A DNA stretch of 64,000 nt from Eledone cirrhosa. Its lineage: Eukaryota. Position numbers and translations under genes: made by a program. Under the pieces are notes generated by a model that saw nothing but the letters and a program-made list of their open reading frames with translations, did no database searches and was not told where the DNA came from. This document shows, piece by piece, positions 11,871-25,739 of this stretch. Positions within the stretch are counted from its first letter, which is position 1; the number at the start of each line of letters is the position of its first letter. The stretch lies in contig OZ024764.1 of the NCBI GenBank assembly GCA_964016885.1, positions 124,001 through 188,000 on the forward strand, in the 5' to 3' direction.

Positions 11871-12689
11871 ATATGTGTGTTATAATTCCCCAGTTGACCT
11901 ATACTAAAGGGCTTCACTGATAGGGTTATATGTTATAATTCCCTAGTTGACCTATACTAAAGGGCTTCACTGATAGGGTTATATGTTATAATTCCCCAGT
12001 TGACCTATACTAAAGGACTTCACTGGTAGGGTTATATGTTATAATTCCCCAGTTGACCTATACTAAAGGGCTTCACTGATAGGGTTATATGTTATAATTC
12101 CCCAGTTGACCTATACTAAAGGGCTTCACTGATAGGGTTATGTGTTATAATTCCCCAGTTGACCTATACTAAGGGGCTTCACTGATAGGGTTATATGTTA
12201 TAATTCCCCAGTTGACCTATACTAAAGGACTTCACTGATAGGGTTATATGTTATAATTCCCCAGTTGACCTATACTAAAGGGCTTCACTAATAGGGTTAT
12301 ATGTTATAATTCCCCAGTTGACCTATACTAAAGGACTTCACTGATAGGGTTATATGTTATAATTCCCCAGTTGACCTATACTAAAGGGCTTCACTGATAG
12401 GGTTATATGTTATAATTCCCCAGTTGACCTATACTAAAGGGCTTCACTGATAGGGTTATATGTTATAATTTCCCAGTTGACCTATACTAAAGGGCTTCAC
12501 TGATAGGGTTATATGTTATAATTTCCCAGTTGACCTATACTAAAGGACTTCACTGATAGGGTTATATGTTATAATTCCCCAGTTGACCTATACTAAAGGG
12601 CTTCACTGATAGGGTTATATGTTATAATTCCCCAGTTGACCTATACTAAAGGACTTCACTGATAGGGTTATATGTTATAATTCCCCAGT

Positions 12690-15600
12690 TGACCTATACT
12701 AAAGGGCTTCACTGATAGGGTTATATGTTATAATTCCCCAGTTGACCTATACTAAAGGGCTTCACTGATAGGGTTATATGTTATAATATCCCAGTTGACC
12801 TATACTAAAGGGCTTCACTGATAGGGTTATATGTTATAATTCCCCAGTTGACCTATACTAAAGGGCTTCACTGATAGGGTTATATGTTATAATTCCCCAG
12901 TTGACCTATACTAAAGGGCTTCACTGATAGGGTTATATGTTATAATTCCCCAGTTGACCTATACTAAAGGGCTTCACTGATAGGGTTATATGTTATAATT
13001 TCCCAGTTGACCTATACTAAAGGGCTTCACTGATAGGGTTATATGTTATAATTCCCCAGTTGACCTATACTAAAGGGCTTCACTGATAGGGTTATATGTT
13101 ATAATTTCCCAGTTGACCTATACTAAAGGGCTTCACTGATAGGGTTATATGTTATAATTCCCCAGTTGACCTATACTAAAGGGCTTCACTGATAGGGTTA
13201 TATGTTATAATTCCCCAGTTGACCTATACTAAAGGGCTTCACTGATAGGGTTATATGTTATAATTCCCCAGTTGACCTATACTAAAGGGCTTCACTGATA
13301 GGGTTATATGTTATAATTTCCCAGTTGACCTATACTAAAGGGCTTCACTGATAGGGTTATATGTTATAATTCCCCAGTTGACCTATACTAAAGGGCTTCA
13401 CTGATAGGGTTATATGTTATAATTCCCCAGTTGACCTATACTAAAGGGCTTCACTGATAGGGTTATATGTTATAATTTCCCAGTTGACCTATACTAAAGG
13501 GCTTCACTGATAGGGTTATATGTTATAATTCCCCAGTTGACCTATACTAAAGGGCTTCACTGATAGGGTTATATGTTATAATTCCCCAGTTGACCTATAC
13601 TAAAGGGCTTCACTGATAGGGTTATATGTTATAATTCCCCAGTTGACCTATACTAAAGGGCTTCACTGATAGGGTTATATGTTATAATTCCCCAGTTGAC
13701 CTATACTAAAGGGCTTCACTGATAGGGTTATATGTTATAATTCCCCAGTTGACCTATACTAAAGGGCTTCACTGATAGGGTTATATGTTATAATTCCCCA
13801 GTTGACCTATACTAAAGGGCTTCACTGATAGGGATATATGTTATAATTTCCCAGTTGACCTATACTAAAGGGCTTCACTGATAGGGTTATTTGTTATAAT
13901 TCCCCAGTTGACCTATACTAAAGGGCTTCACTGATAGGGATATGTGTGTTATAATTCCCCAGTTGACCTATACTAAAGGGCTTCACTGATAGGGTTATAT
14001 GTGTTATAATTCCCCAGTTGACCTATACTAAAGGGCTTCACTGATAGGGTTATATGTTATAATTCCCCAGTTGACCTATACTAAAGGGCTTCACTGATAG
14101 GGTTATATGTTATAATTCCCCAGTTGACCTATACTAAAGGGCTTCACTGATAGGGTTATATGTTATAATTCCCCAGTTGACCTATACTAAAGGGCTTCAC
14201 TGATAGGGATATGTGTGTTATAATTCCCCAGTTGACCTATACTAAAGGGCTTCACTGATAGGGTTATATGTGTTATAATTCCCCAGTTGACCTATACTAA
14301 AGGGCTTCACTGATAGGGTTATATGTTATAATTCCCCAGTTGACCTATACTAAAGGGCTTCACTGATAGGGTTATATGTTATAATTCCCCAGTTGACCTA
14401 TACTAAAGGGCTTCACTGATAGGGTTATATGTTATAATTCCCCAGTTGACCTATACTAAAGGGCTTCACTGATAGGGTTATATGTTATAATATCCCAGTT
14501 GACCTATACTAAAGGGCTTCACTGATAGGGTTATATGTTATAATTCCCCAGTTGACCTATACTAAAGGGCTTCACTGATAGGGTTATATGTTATAATTCC
14601 CCAGTTGACCTATACTAAAGGGCTTCACTGATAGGGTTATATGTTATAATTCCCCAGTTGACCTATACTAAAGGGCTTCACTGATAGGGTTATATGTTAT
14701 AATTTCCCAGTTGACCTATACTAAAGGGCTTCACTGATAGGGTTATATGTTATAATTCCCCAGTTGACCTATACTAAAGGGCTTCACTGATAGGGTTATA
14801 TGTTATAATTTCCCAGTTGACCTATACTAAAGGGCTTCACTGATAGGGTTATATGTTATAATTCCCCAGTTGACCTATACTAAAGGGCTTCACTGATAGG
14901 GTTATATGTTATAATTCCCCAGTTGACCTATACTAAAGGGCTTCACTGATAGGGTTATATGTTATAATTCCCCAGTTGACCTATACTAAAGGGCTTCACT
15001 GATAGGGTTATATGTTATAATTTCCCAGTTGACCTATACTAAAGGGCTTCACTGATAGGGTTATATGTTATAATTCCCCAGTTGACCTATACTAAAGGGC
15101 TTCACTGATAGGGTTATATGTTATAATTCCCCAGTTGACCTATACTAAAGGGCTTCACTGATAGGGTTATATGTTATAATTTCCCAGTTGACCTATACTA
15201 AAGGGCTTCACTGATAGGGTTATATGTTATAATTCCCCAGTTGACCTATACTAAAGGGCTTCACTGATAGGGTTATATGTTATAATTCCCCAGTTGACCT
15301 ATACTAAAGGGCTTCACTGATAGGGTTATATGTTATAATTCCCCAGTTGACCTATACTAAAGGGCTTCACTGATAGGGTTATATGTTATAATTCCCCAGT
15401 TGACCTATACTAAAGGGCTTCACTGATAGGGTTATATGTTATAATTCCCCAGTTGACCTATACTAAAGGGCTTCACTGATAGGGTTATATGTTATAATTC
15501 CCCAGTTGACCTATACTAAAGGGCTTCACTGATAGGGATATATGTTATAATTTCCCAGTTGACCTATACTAAAGGGCTTCACTGATAGGGTTATTTGTTA

Positions 15601-15730
15601 TAATTCCCCAGTTGACCTATACTAAAGGGCTTCACTGATAGGGATATGTGTGTTATAATTCCCCAGTTGACCTATACTAAAGGGCTTCACTGATAGGGTT
15701 ATATGTGTTATAATTCCCCAGTTGACCTAT
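12690..15730. repeat. Local duplication with period 1704 bp (32 monomers)
   Basis: Markers: AATATCCC 12788/14492 and GGGATATATG 13834/15538, each followed by the same TTATTTG and GGGATATGTGTG monomers. Confidence 0.85.
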
Positions 15731-18700
15731 ACTAAAGGGCTTCACTGATAGGGTTATATGTTATAATTTCCCATTTGACCTATACTAAAGGACTTCACTG
15801 ATAGGGATATATGTTATAATTTCCCAGTTGACCTATACTAAAGGTCTTCACTGATAGGGTTATATGTTATAATTTCCCAGTTGACCTATACTAAAGGGCT
15901 TCACTGATAGGATTATATGTTATAATTTCCCAGTTGACCTATACTAAAGGGCTTCACTGATAGGGTTGTATGTTATAATTCCCCAGTTGACCTATACTAA
16001 AGGTCTTCACTGATAGGGTTATATGTTATAATTTCCCAGTTGACCTATACTAAAGGGCTTCACTGATAGGGTTATATGTTATAATTTCCCAGTTGACCTA
16101 TACTAAAGGGCTTCACTGATAGGGTTGTATGTTATAATTCCCCAGTTGACCTATACTAAAGGTCTTCACTGATAGGGTTATGTGTTATAATTCCCCAGTT
16201 GACCTATACTAAAGGTCTTCACTGATAGGGTTATATGTTATAATTCCCCAGTTGACCTATACTAAAGGTCTTCACTGATAGGGTTATATGTTATAATTCC
16301 CCAGTTGACCTATACTAAAGGGCTTCACTGATAGGGTTATATGTTATAATTTCCCAGTTGACCTATACTAAAGGGCTTCACTGATAGGGTTATATGTTAT
16401 AATTTCCCAGTTGACCTATACTAAAGGTCTTCACTGATAGGGTTATATGTTATAATTTCCCAGTTGACCTATACTAAAGGGCTTCACTGATAGGGTTATG
16501 TGTTATAATTCCCCAGTTGACCTATACTAAAGGTCTTCACTGATAGGGTTATATGTTATAATTCCCCAGTTGACCTATACTAAAGGGCTTCACTGATAGG
16601 GTTATGTGTTATAATTTCCCAGTTGACCTATACTAAAGGGCTTCACTGATAGGGTTATATGTTATAATTCCCCAGTTGACCTATACTAAAGGGCTTCACT
16701 GATAGGGTTATGTGTTATAATTCCCCAGTTGACCTATACTAAAGGGCTTCACTGATAGGGTTATGTGTTATAATTCCCCAGTTGACCTATACTAAAGGGC
16801 TTCACTGATAGGGTTACATGTTATAATTTCCCTATTGACCTATACTAAAGGGCTTCACTGATAGGGTTATATGTGTTATAATTCCCCAGTTGACCTATAC
16901 TAAAGGGCTTCACTGATAGGGTTATATGTTATAATTCCCCAGTTGACCTATACTAAAGGGCTTCACTGATAGGGTTATATGTTATAATTTCCCAGTTGAC
17001 CTATACTAAAGGGCTTCACTGATAGGGTTATATGTGTTATAATTCCCCAGTTGACCTATACTAAAGGGCTTCACTGATAGGGTTATATGTGTTATAATTC
17101 CCCAGTTGACCTATACTAAAGGGCTTCACTGATAGGGTTATATGTGTTATAATTCCCCAGTTGACCTATACTAAAGGGCTTCACTGATAGGGTTATATGT
17201 TATAATTTCCCAGTTGACCTATACTAAAGGGCTTCACTGATAGGGTTATATGTGTTATAATTTCCCAGTTGACCTATACTAAAGGGCTTCGCTGATAGGG
17301 TTATATGTGTTATAATTCCCCAGTTGACCTATACTAAAGGGCTTCACTGATAGGGTTATATGTGTTATAATTCCCCAGTTGACCTATACTAAAGGGCTTC
17401 ACTGATAGGGTTATATGTTATAATTTCCCAGTTGACCTATACTAAAGGCTTCACTGATAGGGTTATATGTGTTATAATTTCCCAGTTGACCTATACTAAA
17501 GGGCTTCACTGATAGGGTTATATGTGTTATAATTCCCCAGTTGACCTATACTAAAGGGCTTCACTGATAGGGTTATATGTGTTATAATTTCCCAGTTGAC
17601 CTATACTAAAGGGCTTCACTGATAGGGTTATATGTGTTATAATTTCCCAGTTGACCTATACTAAAGGGCTTCACTGATAGGGTTATATGTGTTATAATTC
17701 CCCAGTTGACCTATACTAAAGGGCTTCACTGATAGGGTTATATGTTATAATTCCCCAGTTGACCTATACTAAAGGGCTTCACTGATAGGGTTATATGTTA
17801 TAATTCCCCAGTTGACCTAAACTAAAGGGCTTCACTGATAGGGTTATATGTTATAATTCCCCAGTTGACCTATACTAAAGGACTTCACTGATAGGGTTAT
17901 ATGTTATAATTCCCCAGTTGACCTATACTAAAGGGCTTCACTGATAGGGTTATATGTTATAATTCCCCAGTTGACCTATACTAAAGGGCTTCACTGATAG
18001 GGCTATATGTTATAATTCCCCAGTTGACCTATACTAAAGGGCTTCACTGATAGGGTTATATGTTATAATTCCCCAGTTGACCTATACTAAAGGACTTCAC
18101 TGATAGGGTTATGTGTTATAATTCCCCAGTTGACCTATACTAAAGGGCTTCACTGATAGGGTTATATGTTATAATTCCCCAGTTGACCTATACTAAAGGG
18201 CTTCACTGATAGGGTTATATGTTATAATTTCCCAATTGACCTATACTAAAGGGCTTCACTGATAGGGTTATATGTTATAATTCCCCAGTTGACCTATACT
18301 AAAGGACTTCACTGATAGGGTTATGTGTTATAATTCCCCAGTTGACCTATACTAAAGGGCTTCACTGATAGGGTTATATGTTATAATTCCCCAGTTGACC
18401 TATACTAAAGGGCTTCACTGATAGGGTTATGTGTTATAATTCCCCAGTTGACCTATACTAAAGGGCTTCACTGATAGGGTTATATGTTATAATTCCCCAG
18501 TTGACCTATACTAAAGGGCTTCACTGATAGGGTTATATGTTATAATTTCCCAGTTGACCTATACTAAAGGGCTTCACTGATAGGGTTACATGTGTTATAA
18601 TTCCCCAGTTGACCTATACTAAGGGGCTTCACTGATAGGGTTATATGTTATAATTCCCCAGTTGACCTATACTAAAGGACTTCACTGATAGGGTTATATG

Positions 18701-21700
18701 TTATAATTCCCCAGTTGACCTATACTAAAGGGCTTCACTGATAGGGTTATATGTTATAATTCCCCAGTTGACCTATACTAAAGGGTTTCACTGATAGGGT
18801 TATATGTTATAATTCCCCAGTTGGCCTATACTAAAGGGCTTCACTGATAGGGTTATATGTTATAATTCCCCAGTTGACCTATACTAAAGGGCTTCACTGA
18901 TAGGGTTATATGTTATAATTTCCCAGTTGACCTATACTAAAGGGCTTCACTGATAGGGTTATATGTTATAATTCCCCAGTTGACCTATACTAAAGGGCTT
19001 CACTGTTAGGGTTATATGTTATAATTCCCCAGTTGACCTATACTAAAGGGCTTCACTGATAGGGTTATATGTTATAATACCCCAGTTGACCTATACTAAA
19101 GGGCTTCACTGATAGGGTTATATGTTATAATTTCCCAGTTGACCTATACTAAAGGGCTTCACTGATAGGGTTATATGTTATAATTTCCCAGTTGACCTAT
19201 ACTAAAGGGCTTCACTGATAGGGTTATATGTTATAATTTCCCCAGTTGACCTATACTAAAGGGCTTCACTGATAGGGTTATATGTTATAATTTCCCAGTT
19301 GACCTATACTAAAGGGCTTCACTGATAGGGTTATATGTTATAATTCCCCAGTTGACCTATATTAAAGGGCTTCACTGATAGGGTTGTGTGTGTTATAATT
19401 TCCCAGTTGACCTGTACTAAAGGGCTTCACTGATAGGGTTATATGTTATAATTCCCCAGTTGACCTATACTAAAGGACTTCACTGATAGGGTTATATGTT
19501 ATAATTCCCCAGTTGACCTATACTAAAGGGCTTCACTGATAGGGTTATATGTTATAATTTCCCAGTTGACCTATACTAACGGGCTTCACTGATAGGGTTA
19601 TATGTTATAATTTCCCAGTTGACCTATACTAAAGGGCTTCACTGATAGGGTTATATTTTATAATTTCCCCAGTTGACCTATACTAAAGGGCTTCACTGAT
19701 AGGGTTATATGTTATAATTTCCCAGTTGACCTATACTAAAGGGCTTCACTGATAGGGTTATATGTTATAATTCCCCAGTTGACCTATACTAAAGGGTTTC
19801 ACTGATAGGGTTATATGTTATAATTTCCCAGTTGACCTATACTAAAGGGCTTCACTGATAGGGTTATATGTTATAATTCCCCAGTTGACCTATACTAAAG
19901 GGCTTCACTGATAGGGTTATATGTTATAATTCCCCAGTTGACCTATACTAAAGGGTTTCACTGATAGGGTTATATGTTATAATTCCCCAGTTGGCCTATA
20001 CTAAAGGGCCTCACTGATAGGGTTATATGTTATAATTCCCCAGTTGACCTATACTAAAGGGCTTCACTGATAGGATTATGTGTTATAATTCCCCAGTTGA
20101 CCTATACTAAAGGGCTTCACTGGTAGGGTTATATGTTATAATTCCCTAGTTGACCTATACTAAAGGGCTTCACTGATAGGGTTATATGTTATAATTCCCC
20201 AGTTGACCTATACTAAAGGACTTCACTGATAGGGTTATATGTTATAATTCCCCAGTTGACCTATACTAAAGGGCTTCACTGATAGGGTTATATGTTATAA
20301 TTCCCCAGTTGACCTATACTAAAGGGCTTCACTGATAGGATTATGTGTTATAATTCCCCAGTTGACCTATACTAAAGGGCTTCACTGATAGGGTTATATG
20401 TTATAATTCCCTAGTTGACCTATACTAAAGGGCTTCACTGATAGGGTTATATGTTATAATTCCCCAGTTGACCTATACTAAAGGACTTCACTGATAGGGT
20501 TATATGTTATAATTCCCCAGTTGACCTATACTAAAGGGCTTCACTGATAGGGTTATATGTTATAATTCCCCAGTTGACCTATACTAAAGGGCTTCACTGA
20601 TAGGGTTATGTGTTATAATTCCCCAGTTGACCTATACTAAGGGGCTTCACTGATAGGGTTATATGTTATAATTCCCCAGTTGACCTATACTAAAGGACTT
20701 CACTGATAGGGTTATATGTTATAATTCCCCAGTTGACCTATACTAAAGGGCTTCACTGATAGGGTTATATGTTATAATTCCCCAGTTGACCTATACTAAA
20801 GGACTTCACTGATAGGGTTATATGTTATAATTCCCCAGTTGACCTATACTAAAGGGCTTCACTGATAGGGTTATATGTTATAATTCCCCAGTTGACCTAT
20901 ACTAAAGGGCTTCACTGATAGGGTTATATGTTATAATTTCCCAGTTGACCTATACTAAAGGGCTTCACTGATAGGGTTATATGTGTTATAATTCCCCAGT
21001 TGACCTATACTAAAGGGCTTCACTGATAGGGTTATATGTGTTATAATTCCCCAGTTGACCTATACTAAAGGGCTTCACTGATAGGGTTATATGTGTTATA
21101 ATTCCCCAGTTGACCTATACTAAAGGGCTTCACTGATAGGGTTATATGTTATAATTTCCCAGTTGACCTATACTAAAGGGCTTCACTGATAGGGTTATAT
21201 GTGTTATAATTTCCCAGTTGACCTATACTAAAGGGCTTCGCTGATAGGGTTATATGTGTTATAATTCCCCAGTTGACCTATACTAAAGGGCTTCACTGAT
21301 AGGGTTATATGTGTTATAATTCCCCAGTTGACCTATACTAAAGGGCTTCACTGATAGGGTTATATGTTATAATTTCCCAGTTGACCTATACTAAAGGGCT
21401 TCACTGATAGGGTTATATGTGTTATAATTTCCCAGTTGACCTATACTAAAGGGCTTCACTGATAGGGTTATATGTGTTATAATTCCCCAGTTGACCTATA
21501 CTAAAGGGCTTCACTGATAGGGTTATATGTGTTATAATTTCCCAGTTGACCTATACTAAAGGGCTTCACTGATAGGGTTATATGTGTTATAATTTCCCAG
21601 TTGACCTATACTAAAGGGCTTCACTGATAGGGTTATATGTGTTATAATTCCCCAGTTGACCTATACTAAAGGGCTTCACTGATAGGGTTATATGTTATAA

Positions 21701-24700
21701 TTCCCCAGTTGACCTATACTAAAGGGCTTCACTGATAGGGTTATATGTTATAATTCCCCAGTTGACCTAAACTAAAGGGCTTCACTGATAGGGTTATATG
21801 TTATAATTCCCCAGTTGACCTATACTAAAGGACTTCACTGATAGGGTTATATGTTATAATTCCCCAGTTGACCTATACTAAAGGGCTTCACTGATAGGGT
21901 TATATGTTATAATTCCCCAGTTGACCTATACTAAAGGGCTTCACTGATAGGGCTATATGTTATAATTCCCCAGTTGACCTATACTAAAGGGCTTCACTGA
22001 TAGGGTTATATGTTATAATTCCCCAGTTGACCTATACTAAAGGACTTCACTGATAGGGTTATGTGTTATAATTCCCCAGTTGACCTATACTAAAGGGCTT
22101 CACTGATAGGGTTATATGTTATAATTCCCCAGTTGACCTATACTAAAGGGCTTCACTGATAGGGTTATATGTTATAATTTCCCAATTGACCTATACTAAA
22201 GGGCTTCACTGATAGGGTTATATGTTATAATTCCCCAGTTGACCTATACTAAAGGACTTCACTGATAGGGTTATGTGTTATAATTCCCCATTTGACCTAT
22301 ACTAAAGGGCTTCACTGATAGGGTTATATGTTATAATTCCCCAGTTGACCTATACTAAAGGGCTTCACTGATAGGGTTATGTGTTATAATTCCCCAGTTG
22401 ACCTATACTAAAGGGCTTCACTGATAGGGTTATATGTTATAATTCCCCAGTTGACCTATACTAAAGGGCTTCACTGATAGGGTTATATGTTATAATTTCC
22501 CAGTTGACCTATACTAAAGGGCTTCACTGATAGGGTTACATGTGTTATAATTCCTCAGTTGACCTATACTAAGGGGCTTCACTGATAGGGTTATATGTTA
22601 TAATTCCCCAGTTGACCTATACTAAAGGACTTCACTGATAGGGTTATATGTTATAATTCCCCAGTTGACCTATACTAAAGGGCTTCACTGATAGGGTTAT
22701 ATGTTATAATTCCCCAGTTGACCTATACTAAAGGGTTTCACTGATAGGGTTATATGTTATAATTCCCCAGTTGGCCTATACTAAAGGGCTTCACTGATAG
22801 GGTTATATGTTATAATTCCCCAGTTGACCTATACTAAAGGGCTTCACTGATAGGGTTATATGTTATAATTTCCCAGTTGACCTATACTAAAGGGCTTCAC
22901 TGATAGGGTTATATGTTATAATTCCCCAGTTGACCTATACTAAAGGGCTTCACTGTTAGGGTTATATGTTATAATTCCCCAGTTGACCTATACTAAAGGG
23001 CTTCACTGATAGGGTTATATGTTATAATACCCCAGTTGACCTATACTAAAGGGCTTCACTGATAGGGTTATATGTTATAATTTCCCAGTTGACCTATACT
23101 AAAGGGCTTCACTGATAGGGTTATATGTTATAATTTCCCAGTTGACCTATACTAAAGGGCTTCACTGATAGGGTTATATGTTATAATTTCCCCAGTTGAC
23201 CTATACTAAAGGGCTTCACTGATAGGGTTATATGTTATAATTTCCCAGTTGACCTATACTAAAGGGCTTCACTGATAGGGTTATATGTTATAATTCCCCA
23301 GTTGACCTATATTAAAGGGCTTCACTGATAGGGTTGTGTGTGTTATAATTTCCCAGTTGACCTGTACTAAAGGGCTTCACTGATAGGGTTATATGTTATA
23401 ATTCCCCAGTTGACCTATACTAAAGGACTTCACTGATAGGGTTATATGTTATAATTCCCCAGTTGACCTATACTAAAGGACTTCACTGATAGGGTTATAT
23501 GTTATAATTCCCCAGTTGACCTATACTAAAGGGCTTCACTGATAGGGTTATATGTTATAATTTCCCAGTTGACCTATACTAACGGGCTTCACTGATAGGG
23601 TTATATGTTATAATTTCCCAGTTGACCTATACTAAAGGGCTTCACTGATAGGGTTATATGTTATAATTTCCCAGTTGACCTATACTAAAGGGCTTCACTG
23701 ATAGGGTTATATGTTATAATTCCCCAGTTGACCTATACTAAAGGGTTTCACTGATAGGGTTATATGTTATAATTTCCCAGTTGACCTATACTAAAGGGCT
23801 TCACTGATAGGGTTATATGTTATAATTCCCCAGTTGACCTATACTAAAGGGCTTCACTGATAGGGTTATATGTTATAATTCCCCAGTTGACCTATACTAA
23901 AGGGTTTCACTGATAGGGTTATATGTTATAATTCCCCAGTTGGCCTATACTAAAGGGCCTCACTGATAGGGTTATATGTTATAATTCCCCAGTTGACCTA
24001 TACTAAAGGGCTTCACTGATAGGATTATGTGTTATAATTCCCCAGTTGACCTATACTAAAGGGCTTCACTGGTAGGGTTATATGTTATAATTCCCTAGTT
24101 GACCTATACTAAAGGCTTCACTGATAGGGTTATATGTTATAATTCCCCAGTTGACCTATACTAAAGGACTTCACTGATAGGGTTATATGTTATAATTCCC
24201 CAGTTGACCTATACTAAAGGGCTTCACTGATAGGGTTATATGTTATAATTCCCCAGTTGACCTATACTAAAGGGCTTCACTGATAGGATTATGTGTTATA
24301 ATTCCCCAGTTGACCTATACTAAAGGGCTTCACTGATAGGGTTATATGTTATAATTCCCTAGTTGACCTATACTAAAGGGCTTCACTGATAGGGTTATAT
24401 GTTATAATTCCCCAGTTGACCTATACTAAAGGACTTCACTGGTAGGGTTATATGTTATAATTCCCCAGTTGACCTATACTAAAGGGCTTCACTGATAGGG
24501 TTATATGTTATAATTCCCCAGTTGACCTATACTAAAGGGCTTCACTGATAGGGTTATGTGTTATAATTCCCCAGTTGACCTATACTAAGGGGCTTCACTG
24601 ATAGGGTTATATGTTATAATTCCCCAGTTGACCTATACTAAAGGACTTCACTGATAGGGTTATATGTTATAATTCCCCAGTTGACCTATACTAAAGGGCT

Positions 24701-25739
24701 TCACTAATAGGGTTATATGTTATAATTCCCCAGTTGACCTATACTAAAGGACTTCACTGATAGGGTTATATGTTATAATTCCCCAGTTGACCTATACTAA
24801 AGGGCTTCACTGATAGGGTTATATGTTATAATTCCCCAGTTGACCTATACTAAAGGGCTTCACTGATAGGGTTATATGTTATAATTTCCCAGTTGACCTA
24901 TACTAAAGGGCTTCACTGATAGGGTTATATGTTATAATTTCCCAGTTGACCTATACTAAAGGACTTCACTGATAGGGTTATATGTTATAATTCCCCAGTT
25001 GACCTATACTAAAGGGCTTCACTGATAGGGTTATATGTTATAATTCCCCAGTTGACCTATACTAAAGGACTTCACTGATAGGGTTATATGTTATAATTCC
25101 CCAGTTGACCTATACTAAAGGGCTTCACTGATAGGGTTATATGTTATAATTCCCCAGTTGACCTATACGAAAGGGCTTCACTGATAGGGTTATATGTTAT
25201 AATTCCCCAGTTGACCTATACTAAAGGGCTTCACTGATAGGGTTATATGTTATAATTTCCCAGTTGACCTATACTAAAGGGCTTCACTGATAGGGTTATA
25301 TGTTATAATTCCCCAGTTGACCTATATTAAAGGGCTTCACTGATAGGGTTGTGTGTGTTATAATTTCCCAGTTGACCTGTACTAAAGGGCTTCACTGATA
25401 GGGTTATATGTTATAATTCCCCAGTTGACCTATACTAAAGGGCTTCACTGATAGGGTTATATGTTATAATTCCCCAGTTGACCTATACTAAAGGACTTCA
25501 CTGATAGGGTTATATGTTATAATTCCCCAGTTGACCTATACTAAAGGGCTTCACTGATAGGATTATGTGTTATAATTCCCCAGTTGACCTATACTAAAGG
25601 GCTTCACTGATAGGGTTATATGTTATAATTCCCTAGTTGACCTATACTAAAGGGCTTCACTGATAGGGTTATATGTTATAATTCCCCAGTTGACCTATAC
25701 TAAAGGACTTCACTGATAGGGTTATATGTTATAATTCCC

